64,000 nucleotides of DNA, taken from the NCBI GenBank assembly GCA_964551475.1, contig CAZKCI010000117.1:471-64470 (forward strand), read 5' to 3'. This document shows, one piece after another, positions 38,695 through 47,065 of the stretch (position 1 is the first letter of the stretch; each line of letters opens with the position of its first letter). The notes beneath the pieces were generated by a model, which saw only the letters and a list, made by a program, of their open reading frames with translations, was not told where the DNA came from and did no database searches. The translations under genes and the position numbers were made by a program. The DNA is from an uncultured bacterium (lineage in GTDB: Bacteria > Auribacterota > Erginobacteria > Erginobacterales > CAZKCI01).

Positions 38695-39720
38695 ATGAAA
38701 AGCAGTCCGAGCATTGAATCCCTGCCGACGATTCAGGCCGGCAAGCAAGAGATCCCGGCTTCGAAATTCGGCGGCAGACGGCTGATAGCTCTTCTCGTCG
38801 TCTGTCTGGGAATGCTGGTCTATGGGTTTTTCTCGCGGCACGGTTTGTTAACTCGCAGTCCGGCATTCCTGGCAGGCAGATATCTGGCAACCGCCCTGCT
38901 CGTTTGGGTTGTTTTCTATGCCCTATTTACCCGGAAGCGCGGTGTCATGATCAACGCCGTCGCGTTTGGTGCAATCTATGGATCACTATTCTTGGGAGGC
39001 CTGCTCGGCAATTTTCGGCAGAAGCAACAAACTGTAGCGCTGCTCGACTGGATGCAGCAGGAGTTGGAGCGCGCGAAAAATAATTTGGCAGTTCCCGGCG
39101 AGGTTCCGCCGCGGAGTGAAAGCAACCCCGCCACCGCTTTGCGTTCGAAAGGGGAATTTGGCGAAATGGAACAGTGGGGAAAGGAATATATAGATCGGTC
39201 GATCGCCCAAAGAAACGACTACGTTTCGGAATTGTCGGCGATAGGGTGGGATTCGATCTTGAATGCGCAACGATTGAAAAATGACGCGAGTCTCTCGGAA
39301 AGCAAGATGATAATCGAAAAGGCCACGGCGGTCGTCGATAAATACGCCCAGAAGTCCAAGGAATTATTCCGAAACAACCGGGCGCGCATTAATACCCTGG
39401 CCATGTCGGAAGCGACCCGAAAAGCAGCGCTGGCCGGCTTTGATTCCACCAATTCGGAAGCTCAAATTGATGAAAAATGGAAACTCGAAAAGCAGGTGAT
39501 TCTCCAATTCGGAAATATTATTAAGCTCCTCTCATCCAGCCGGGGATGGACGATCGAGGGCGACAAGATTCTCTTCGATAACGATTCGGACCTGGCCCTA
39601 TTCAACGCCTGCATGCAGGAGATTCAACAGATTGGACAACAGCAAGATCAGATGCAGGAAAGAGACTTTGCCAAGGCGAATGAGAATCTCGAGAAATTCA
39701 AGAATGTGCTTGGACGCTGA
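38695..39720 (+). CDS. Membrane protein (about 3 N-terminal TM) with an alpha-helical C-terminal domain
   Basis: LIALLVVCLGMLVYGFF, LATALLVWVVFYALF and AVAFGAIYGSLFLGGLL, followed by about 220 soluble residues. The start is 16 nt after the previous stop. Confidence 0.6.
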   Translation: MKSSPSIESLPTIQAGKQEIPASKFGGRRLIALLVVCLGMLVYGFFSRHGLLTRSPAFLAGRYLATALLVWVVFYALFTRKRGVMINAVAFGAIYGSLFLGGLLGNFRQKQQTVALLDWMQQELERAKNNLAVPGEVPPRSESNPATALRSKGEFGEMEQWGKEYIDRSIAQRNDYVSELSAIGWDSILNAQRLKNDASLSESKMIIEKATAVVDKYAQKSKELFRNNRARINTLAMSEATRKAALAGFDSTNSEAQIDEKWKLEKQVILQFGNIIKLLSSSRGWTIEGDKILFDNDSDLALFNACMQEIQQIGQQQDQMQERDFAKANENLEKFKNVLGR

Positions 39721-40059
39721 GAGCTGAGGATTGAAGGCTGAAGACTGAGAGAGAAGGCGGGAGGGACGGAAGAAGCCCGAATAGGAATCGCCCGGACGCA
39801 GTCCGGGCCTACAAACGAGAACGTCGTCCCGGGCATGCCCGCCGCACCGCGTAGCGTGAAGGCGGGAGGCCCCGATCTTTGTATGCAGGTAATGGAAATC
39901 GGGGCAGGCGGGGGCGACGCTACAACACGATAAAAAATAAGATTACCGATTATAGATTATAGGCAACAACGATAGCCTGGCTAAAACGCCGCCTCGCACT
40001 TGTCCTCCGTAGCCCGAAGGGCGGAGGGGGAGAGGCGGCCTACAGCGGGTGGTTTGGAT

Positions 40060-41553
40060 ATGGCCTTGACGATAAACATCACTGCTTCGATGCTGTATAA
40101 CCTGGTGCAGTGCCCCCGGCGTTTCACCCTCGACCTTTTTGGCGATCCCAAGCAGAAGGACCCGGTCAGCCCCTTTGTCCAGCTCCTCTGGGAGAAGGGG
40201 AACGCCTACGAAGAGGAGGTCATCAAGGGGCTCAAAATCCCTTTCACCAATCTCCGGATTCAGGACGACAGGGAGAGGGAACGGCTGACTGTAGAGGCGA
40301 TTTCGCGGGGGGACGAGCTGATCTACGGGGGGCGGTTGTCCGCGGGGGACCTCCTGGGCGAGCCCGACCTGATCAGAAAGTCGCCCGGCGGCTACGTCGC
40401 CGGGGACATCAAGAGCGGAGCGGGGCGGACGGGGGTGACCGAGGAGAGCGAGGGCAGGCCCAAGGAGCACTACGCCGTCCAGCTCGCTCTCTACACCGAC
40501 ATCCTCGAGAAGAATGGTTTTTCGCCCGGCCGCGTCCCCTACGTCTTGGACGCGAATGGCGAGGAGGTCCCTTACGATCTGGATTCCGACCTACGCAAGG
40601 ACCAGACCCTCTGGGACGCCTATCAGGCCGCCCTCGCTCTGGCGCGCGACCTTGCCGCGAAGAAAGCCCGCTCCACGCCCGCGCTGACCGCGATCTGCAA
40701 GCTCTGCCACTGGCGGTCATTCTGCCTGCGCCAAATGGAGAAGGCGGACGACCTCACGCTGATCCCCGAACTCGGCCGCTCCCGCCGCGACGCCCTGATC
40801 TCCCGTGTCCGCACCGTAGAAGACCTGGCGAAGATGGACGTCGAGGGGCTGATGGTCGGGAAGAAAACGGCGATCAAGGGTATCGGCCCCGATACGCTCC
40901 GCAAGTTCAAGGCGCGGGCGATCCTTCAGAAGACCCCGGGGGCGAAGCCCTATCTCAAGCAACCCCTGAACCTGCCCGTTTCCGGCCGCGAGTTGTTCTT
41001 TGACATCGAGGCGGACCCGATGCACGACATCTGTTACCTCCACGGTTTCCTCGAACGGGAGGGAGGGGAAGAGAGCTATTCGGCTTTCCTGGCGGAAAAG
41101 CCCTCGGCGGAAGAGGAAGAAAGGGCCTTCCAGGAAGCCTGGCGGTTTATCCGGGCGCGCCCGCCGTGCGTGATCTACTACTACTCGCCTTACGAACGGA
41201 CGTATTGGCGCAAGCTGCGGAAGAAATACCCCAAGGTTTTGTCGGAGTCTGAAGTCGAAGGATTGTTCGATCCCAATACCTCGATTGACTTGTATAAAGA
41301 TGTGATTCGATCCAAGACTGAGTGGCCGACCAGGGATTACTCAGTCAAGACACTGGCGAAATTCCTCGGATTCAAATGGCGCGACATGAGCCCCTCGGGC
41401 GCCGAATCGATCGAGTGGTACAACCGGTGGACAGAAACCGGCGACCCCGCCCTCCGGGACCGGATTCTTCAATACAACGAGGACGACTGCGCCGCGATGA
41501 GGGTTCTGTTGGATGGACTCAGGGAGATGAAAGATACAGGGAAGGCAGGATAG
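40060..41553 (+). CDS. TM0106-family RecB-like nuclease (PD-(D/E)xK + Cys cluster + RNase H-like exonuclease domain)
   Basis: ITASMLYNLVQCPRRFTLDLFG, GEPDLIRK...GDIKSG, CKLCHWRSFC, ELFFDIEADP...YLHGF, YNEDDCAAM. Confidence 0.75.
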   Translation: MALTINITASMLYNLVQCPRRFTLDLFGDPKQKDPVSPFVQLLWEKGNAYEEEVIKGLKIPFTNLRIQDDRERERLTVEAISRGDELIYGGRLSAGDLLGEPDLIRKSPGGYVAGDIKSGAGRTGVTEESEGRPKEHYAVQLALYTDILEKNGFSPGRVPYVLDANGEEVPYDLDSDLRKDQTLWDAYQAALALARDLAAKKARSTPALTAICKLCHWRSFCLRQMEKADDLTLIPELGRSRRDALISRVRTVEDLAKMDVEGLMVGKKTAIKGIGPDTLRKFKARAILQKTPGAKPYLKQPLNLPVSGRELFFDIEADPMHDICYLHGFLEREGGEESYSAFLAEKPSAEEEERAFQEAWRFIRARPPCVIYYYSPYERTYWRKLRKKYPKVLSESEVEGLFDPNTSIDLYKDVIRSKTEWPTRDYSVKTLAKFLGFKWRDMSPSGAESIEWYNRWTETGDPALRDRILQYNEDDCAAMRVLLDGLREMKDTGKAG

Positions 41554-41607
41554 GTCCCGATAATCACATGCCGGTGATTATCGGGATCTCCGCTTCGCTC
41601 CGACAGG
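41554..41607 (+). repeat. REP hairpin family GTCCCGATAATCAC..., copy 3
   Basis: Begins at the nucleotide after the 41553 stop. Confidence 0.85.
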
Positions 41608-41801
41608 AAGGGCAGGAAAGGCAGGGAAATGGAGGCGTTTCAGGATCAGGCCTGCACAAAATATTTAGGAATAAAATCGCCGCTTATACGACATATCTAT
41701 CAGAAGGGAGAGAAGCTTTTCGGCTTTGGCGACTAGTGGAATTCGAGAGATAGATATTCGGTAGATCGAAAGTCGGATCTTGTGACGAAAGGAGGCATGG
41801 C

Positions 41802-41984
41802 ATGCCGGCGAACGAAGAGATGATGGCCAAGATAGATGCGGCAGCGGGAGAGGCCGAAAAGGAACTGAAGGAGAAATATACCGGCTGGTCCGCCAATGAT
41901 TTAATCGACTGGTGGGCAAGATGGTATATGAAGGCCGGCCATAAACGCCTAGGACGGGTCCTCGTCAGCATCAGCAAAGGGTGA
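41802..41984 (+). CDS. Small hypothetical protein (60 aa)
   Basis: AGGAGG 5 nt upstream of the ATG. No motif. Confidence 0.35.
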   Translation: MPANEEMMAKIDAAAGEAEKELKEKYTGWSANDLIDWWARWYMKAGHKRLGRVLVSISKG

Positions 41985-42041
41985 AGATGGAGGGGCGGGG
42001 AGGCGGGAGGGGCAGGGGAAAAGGCTGAAGGACGGACCGGA

Positions 42042-42070
42042 TTGACAACTCCCCGTTGGGATAGCATAAT
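42042..42070 (+). promoter_or_regulatory. Sigma70-like promoter for the vapB operon
   Basis: TTGACA-N17-CATAAT, about 30 nt upstream of the 42099 start. Confidence 0.5.
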
Positions 42071-42098
42071 TATACCGAAATGCTAAGGGAGGATTCCG

Positions 42099-42317
42099 AT
42101 GCCTGCTCTGCTGATCAAAGATCTGCCGGCCGAGGTGCACCGATGGCTGAAACGCGAAGCCGAGGCGAACCGCCGTTCCATGACTCAACAGGTCATTGTC
42201 CTGTTTGAAGAACGGATGCGGAAGTTCCACCCCGTCGATTTCGGGCGGCCGACGAAGACGCGGACACCCCTGACGCCCGAGTTCATCGATAACGCCAAAA
42301 AGACGGGCAGGCCGTGA
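42099..42317 (+). CDS. vapB: Ribbon-helix-helix antitoxin (VapB/FitA-like)
   Basis: MPALLIKDLPAEVHRWLKREAEANRRSMTQQVIVLFEE has the RHH pattern. It overlaps the PIN gene start. Confidence 0.75.
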   Translation: MPALLIKDLPAEVHRWLKREAEANRRSMTQQVIVLFEERMRKFHPVDFGRPTKTRTPLTPEFIDNAKKTGRP

Positions 42318-42874
42318 TCGTGGCGGATTCCAACGTCCTGTCCGCCCGCAATCTGAGCAGCGTCTCCACGCGCCTGGCCGAAGAAGTCGAGAAGAGAGAC
42401 CCGGTCTGGATCGTCCCTCCCCTGTGGCGTTACGAGTTTCAGAACATTCTGGCGACAGCGATCCGGAACGGGCAGCTCGCGCCGGAGGATGCATCCGAAG
42501 CGTGGAGAAAAGCATCGGCCCAGCTCAAGGCGAACGAGCATGAGCCCGATCCGGAAGCGGTCATCGACCTGGCGGGACGCCATCGGATCAGCGGCTATGA
42601 CGCGAATTTCATCGCCCTCGCCAGGGAAATGGGCGTCCGGTGCGTCACGGAAGACGGCGAACTCATCCGCAAATTCCCCGGTCTCGCCGTGAGCATGGCG
42701 GGTTTCGTGAAAGCGGGGCGGACGGGGGAGGGAGTTCGCGAGGCCAGAGCGCGGCATATCGCCGCCGCCGCTCGGCTATTCTGTCCCGAAGGACGGATCG
42801 TCCAACCTCTACGCGCCGAACGGCAAGTACAAGGGATATGCGAGGTAAAATATGATCGGCGCCATCGCGGGTGA
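42314..42874 (+). CDS. vapC: PIN-domain toxin (VapC-like) with a C-terminal extension of about 50 aa
   Basis: Acidic PIN residues in IVADSNVL, WRYEF, SGYDANFIALA and TEDGEL. Confidence 0.8.
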   Translation: MIVADSNVLSARNLSSVSTRLAEEVEKRDPVWIVPPLWRYEFQNILATAIRNGQLAPEDASEAWRKASAQLKANEHEPDPEAVIDLAGRHRISGYDANFIALAREMGVRCVTEDGELIRKFPGLAVSMAGFVKAGRTGEGVREARARHIAAAARLFCPEGRIVQPLRAERQVQGICEVKYDRRHRG

Positions 42875-43667
42875 CATCATCGGATCGGTGTACGAGTTCC
42901 ATCCGATCAAGACGAAGGAGTTCCCCCTCTTCTCGCCGAAATGTCGATTCACCGACGACTCGGTCCTCACCATCGCCGTCGCCAAGGCGATCCTGGAAGG
43001 GTCGAGCTATCGCGAGGCGGTCCTCTCCTTCGGGCGGAGATATCCCGACGCAGGATACGGCGGACGGTTCATCGGCTGGCTCGCCTCGCCCGACCCCCAA
43101 CCCTATAAAAGCTTCGGGAACGGCTCGGCGATGCGGGTGAGCCCGATCGGCTTCGCATTCGATACGGTCGAGGAAGTTCTACGGGAGGCGTGGGCTACGG
43201 CCGTCATCTCCCACGACCATCCGGAAGGGATCAAGGGGGCGGAAGCAACGGCGCTGGCGGTTTTCCTGGCGAGGAAAGGGAGAAGCAAGAAGGAGATAAG
43301 TCAGGAGATCGCGGGACGGTTCGGCTACGACCTGGACCGCACCCTGGACGAGATCAGGCCGGCATACAGTTTTGACGAGACCTGCCAGGGGACAGTCCCA
43401 GAGGCGATCATATCCTTCCTGGAGTCGGATTCATGGGAGAATACGGTCCGGAACGCGGTCTCCCTCGGCGGGGACGCCGATACACTGGCCTGCATCGCCG
43501 GAGGTATCGCGGAGGCATTTTATGGACCATCTCCTGCTACCGTCATAGCGGAAGTCCGAAGAAGCCTTACCCGGGAACTGTGGGAGATATGCGAGGAGTT
43601 CCAGACAAAATACGGGATAGGCGGGAAAGGCAGGAGTGGCAGGAAAAACAGGCAGGAGAAATTATGA
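42852..43667 (+). CDS. ADP-ribosylglycohydrolase family protein
   Basis: MIGAIAGDIIGSVYEF...RFTDDSVLTIAVA...GNGSAMRVSPIGF...GGDADTLACIAGGIAEAFYG. Confidence 0.85.
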   Translation: MIGAIAGDIIGSVYEFHPIKTKEFPLFSPKCRFTDDSVLTIAVAKAILEGSSYREAVLSFGRRYPDAGYGGRFIGWLASPDPQPYKSFGNGSAMRVSPIGFAFDTVEEVLREAWATAVISHDHPEGIKGAEATALAVFLARKGRSKKEISQEIAGRFGYDLDRTLDEIRPAYSFDETCQGTVPEAIISFLESDSWENTVRNAVSLGGDADTLACIAGGIAEAFYGPSPATVIAEVRRSLTRELWEICEEFQTKYGIGGKGRSGRKNRQEKL

Positions 43668-44341
43668 TCTTCATCATCCATCTCCATCGGTCCAAAAGCG
43701 ACAGGTTCTATCTCCGCCTGGAAAAGGACGGAGTCCTCAAGAACTGGGCGATACCCAAAGGCATCCCGGATTCTCCCGGACCCAAGCGTTTAGCCGTACA
43801 GATCCGTGATGGCGAACTCTCGGTAGTCGGCTTCGTCGGGCCTATCTCCAAGGGCGAGTTCGGCCGCGGTGTCATCTCGATCTGGGACAAAGGCACATAT
43901 ACACCGATCAGTTGGCAGGCGGATAAAATCAGTTTTCAGCTTCAGGGAGACAAGTCCTCGGGGACCTACTCCATGGAACGGTTTCCCAAGGCCGGCAAAG
44001 ACTGCTGGACCATATCGAAGGTCGAAGCACAGAGCCTTAAGCCACCACCACTACCGCCGCCGGCGTCTGTAGCCGCGAGGCCCGGGTTTCCGGCGCCGCC
44101 CAGGAAAAGAGAAACGAATCGTCCCCGCCGATCTCAATCCTCGCCTCCGGCGCCTGCGTCCGCGAGACCCGGGTTTCCGGCGCCGCCGAGAAAAAGAGAG
44201 ACGAATCGTCCCGTCAAATCTCAATCCCCGGCTCCCAGGGCCAAGAGACCTTTTTCCCCCAAGAGTAAGAAAGGGTGGGGTGGAGCATCTAAATCCGGCG
44301 GCGGTCACCCCTCCCTGGCGACATGGTGGATGAGAAAGTGA
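43664..44341 (+). CDS. LigD 3'-phosphoesterase-like domain protein (catalytic residues apparently substituted) with a basic tandem-repeat tail
   Basis: HLHRSKSDRFYLRLEKDGVLKNWAIPKGIPDSPGPKRLAVQIRD...GRGVISIWDKGTY is colinear with the LigD-PE signature (H.A...HYDLRLE..GVLKSWAVPKG...KRLAV.VEDHP). The HYD and EDH positions read RFY and RDG. The tail has a 2x 90-bp tandem (ARPGFPAPPRKRETNRP). The start overlaps the ARH stop (ATGA). Confidence 0.6.
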   Translation: MIFIIHLHRSKSDRFYLRLEKDGVLKNWAIPKGIPDSPGPKRLAVQIRDGELSVVGFVGPISKGEFGRGVISIWDKGTYTPISWQADKISFQLQGDKSSGTYSMERFPKAGKDCWTISKVEAQSLKPPPLPPPASVAARPGFPAPPRKRETNRPRRSQSSPPAPASARPGFPAPPRKRETNRPVKSQSPAPRAKRPFSPKSKKGWGGASKSGGGHPSLATWWMRK

Positions 44342-44388
44342 GGAGGGACATGCATTCAGAACACATAACGCGGGAGGATAAACCGACC

Positions 44389-47034
44389 ATGAGAAATACT
44401 CTCGATACGATCTTCTTTTCCCTTCGACGGATGGCGATGGCGGGTTTGGCGGCGATTGCCGCGCTGTATCCATGGGCCGGGCGGGCGGAAATACCCGCGG
44501 GATGGCCCGGGGAGATAAACCGCCTCATCTATCCCACCATCGGCCGCCCGCTGATCATCCGCCCGGGCGACTCCTTCACACTGGAGTTCGACTGCATCGG
44601 CGACGGGGCGGGCGGTTCGCAACCGGCGGTCTCCGTCTGGAATGTTTCCCTGGCTTCCAGCAACGACCAATGGGCCACCGAGACCGATTGCGTAGTCTGG
44701 TCGGCCCTGACCGGCGTCTCCGAAAGCTGGCCGGGCGATTCCACGGCCGATTACTGGTCCGGCTCGGGCCCGTGGGCCGGCCGCGAGGTATGGCGGGTGA
44801 CGGTCGGCGTCCCCCTGGGGACGCGGGCGGACCTCTACGACCTCTACGCGAGCGCCTGGGACGGGGAAACGATCGCCGACGATCAGCCCCACGCCGTCCA
44901 GGTGATCGACGAGTTCAAGGACAACTACACCTTCATCCAGATCAGCGATTTTCACATCAACGATCCCCGGGGGCCGTCCGTCATCCTCGACCTCCCCGGC
45001 CCCCATCCCCGCTCCCAGGAGTTCATCGGTTACCAGTACATCAAGAAGGCGATCGACGAGGTCAACCGGATCAACCCCGACTTTGTGATCATCACCGGCG
45101 ACCTCGTCTTCGGTGTCCCCTTCTTCGTCGAATACCCCTACGCGTCCACCGGCGTCACCGACTACACCGGCGACCACCCCGACTGGAATGGCGAATACGC
45201 CCAGGCCTACCAGCACCTTCTCCGCTTCGAGGTCCCGGTCGTCTGCCTTCCGGGCAACCACGATTCCTACAACCTGGAGACCGCCGAGGGCGATCCGCTG
45301 GAGGGGCACTTCCGCCAAGACGGGGCCGAGATCTGGCCGACCATGTTCTCCCCCCGCTATTTCGACTGGAACTACGGCGACAAGTGCCACTTCACCTGCT
45401 TCTGGTCCTATGACAAGGCGCCGATCGACCGGACATTTTCCGACTGGTCGGTCCTGATCCCGGAGGCGCAGTTCCCTCCGATGGACGGCGGCGGCGGACA
45501 GGTGCGGTGGAATGCGGGCGGATTGCCGCCGGCCTGGAACGATCAGATGTCCTGGATCGAGCAGGATCTCACCGCTGCCCAGGGAAATTTCAGTCTCCTG
45601 GCGATGGCCTGCCACAACCCCTTCTACGGGACCTACTCGAACTCTGACAGCTTCACCGACCTCACCAGCCGGAATAAACTCCAGGAACTGAGCCGGACCT
45701 ATGGCGTGGGTATGGCGCTTTCCGGTCACACCCACCTCGACCACGTCTTCACCGACACCACCGGCGGGGCGGACATCCTCCACGTCAACACCACTACCAC
45801 CAGCTTCAACACCTCCGAGTACCCGGGCTTCCGGCAGATCACCGTCGAGAGCGGGGCGGTGGCAAGCTATTACTACCTTGCCCCCGACTTCTCCTGCCCG
45901 AGCTACGAGAACACCATCCTCGCCAAGCACTCGACCGTCACCGACGCCTTCAACGCCATGACCAGGCTCGAAACTCCTTCGGTCGCCGCCTGGTTCAGCT
46001 CGACCAACCCCGCCGCCGTCCACAAGGAATTTGAGTGCTGGAACCACCTGACCGAAGGGGAACCGCCGGTTTCCCTGGACAACACGGTGGCGGATTTCGT
46101 CATGCCCGACCTCGGCGAGGTCGGGTCCTACCTGGTCACCGGCGGCAGTCTCCTTCAGTACTGGCGCCCGGCGCCGGGCTACCTGACCCTCCAGGTCAGG
46201 GCGGACGGCATCCCGCCGGGGGGAATGGGCCTCATCACGGTGGAGGCGCCGGTCCCCGGAGCGGAGCACCTGGTCCTGCAGTCCGGCGACTACGACGGCG
46301 ACGGCAAGTCGGATATCGCCGTCTTCCGCTCCGGGAACGGCCGGTGGTCTGTCCGGGGGCTCGGCAACGTCTACTTCGGAACGGCGGGGGACATTCCGGC
46401 CAGCGGCGACTACGACGGCGACGGGCATGCCGAGATAGCCGTCTTCCGTCCCGGAAACGGCCTCTGGGCGGTCAGGGAGGTCACACGCTTCTTCTTCGGC
46501 GGGTCGGACAGCGTCTCCGCCCCGGCCGACTACGACGGCGACGGCTCCTGCGACGCCTCCGTCTTTTCCGGGGGAGTGGGATTATGGAGCGCGCGGGGGA
46601 TCACAGCGGCCTTCTTCGGGCAAACCGGCGACCTCCCGGTCCCGGCCGATTACAACGCGGACGGGCGGACGGAGTTCGCCGTCTTCCGCCCCTCGTCCGC
46701 TCTCTGGGCGGTCTACGGCGGCGGGCGCTATTACTTCGGTCAGAACGGGGATGCTCCGGTTCCGGGCGCCTACTGCTGGCCGGGAGACGCTTCGCGGACC
46801 GCTCCGCTGGCGGAGTACCCGGCGGTCTTCCGTCCCATGAACGGCCTCTGGGCGGTATTGGGCCATACTCGCCTGTATTTCGGGATGGACGGCGACAGTC
46901 CCGTCCCGGGGGCCTTCGGGGGCGGGATCGTCGACGACTTCGCCGTCTTTCGGGGGAGTTCGGGGATGTGGGGGGTGAGGGACCAGACGCGGTGTTTCTT
47001 CGGGACGGCGGGCGACCTGCCGGCGACAAGATAG
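44389..47034 (+). CDS. Secreted calcineurin-like metallophosphoesterase with a six-repeat C-terminal module
   Basis: GGAGG RBS. Motifs FIQISDFHIND, VIITGDLV, LPGNHD, SGHTH. Module at 46285-47031, ending ...GDLPATR. Confidence 0.8.
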   Translation: MRNTLDTIFFSLRRMAMAGLAAIAALYPWAGRAEIPAGWPGEINRLIYPTIGRPLIIRPGDSFTLEFDCIGDGAGGSQPAVSVWNVSLASSNDQWATETDCVVWSALTGVSESWPGDSTADYWSGSGPWAGREVWRVTVGVPLGTRADLYDLYASAWDGETIADDQPHAVQVIDEFKDNYTFIQISDFHINDPRGPSVILDLPGPHPRSQEFIGYQYIKKAIDEVNRINPDFVIITGDLVFGVPFFVEYPYASTGVTDYTGDHPDWNGEYAQAYQHLLRFEVPVVCLPGNHDSYNLETAEGDPLEGHFRQDGAEIWPTMFSPRYFDWNYGDKCHFTCFWSYDKAPIDRTFSDWSVLIPEAQFPPMDGGGGQVRWNAGGLPPAWNDQMSWIEQDLTAAQGNFSLLAMACHNPFYGTYSNSDSFTDLTSRNKLQELSRTYGVGMALSGHTHLDHVFTDTTGGADILHVNTTTTSFNTSEYPGFRQITVESGAVASYYYLAPDFSCPSYENTILAKHSTVTDAFNAMTRLETPSVAAWFSSTNPAAVHKEFECWNHLTEGEPPVSLDNTVADFVMPDLGEVGSYLVTGGSLLQYWRPAPGYLTLQVRADGIPPGGMGLITVEAPVPGAEHLVLQSGDYDGDGKSDIAVFRSGNGRWSVRGLGNVYFGTAGDIPASGDYDGDGHAEIAVFRPGNGLWAVREVTRFFFGGSDSVSAPADYDGDGSCDASVFSGGVGLWSARGITAAFFGQTGDLPVPADYNADGRTEFAVFRPSSALWAVYGGGRYYFGQNGDAPVPGAYCWPGDASRTAPLAEYPAVFRPMNGLWAVLGHTRLYFGMDGDSPVPGAFGGGIVDDFAVFRGSSGMWGVRDQTRCFFGTAGDLPATR

Positions 47035-47065
47035 TGACTAGTTGACCAGTGACCAGGAGGATAGC

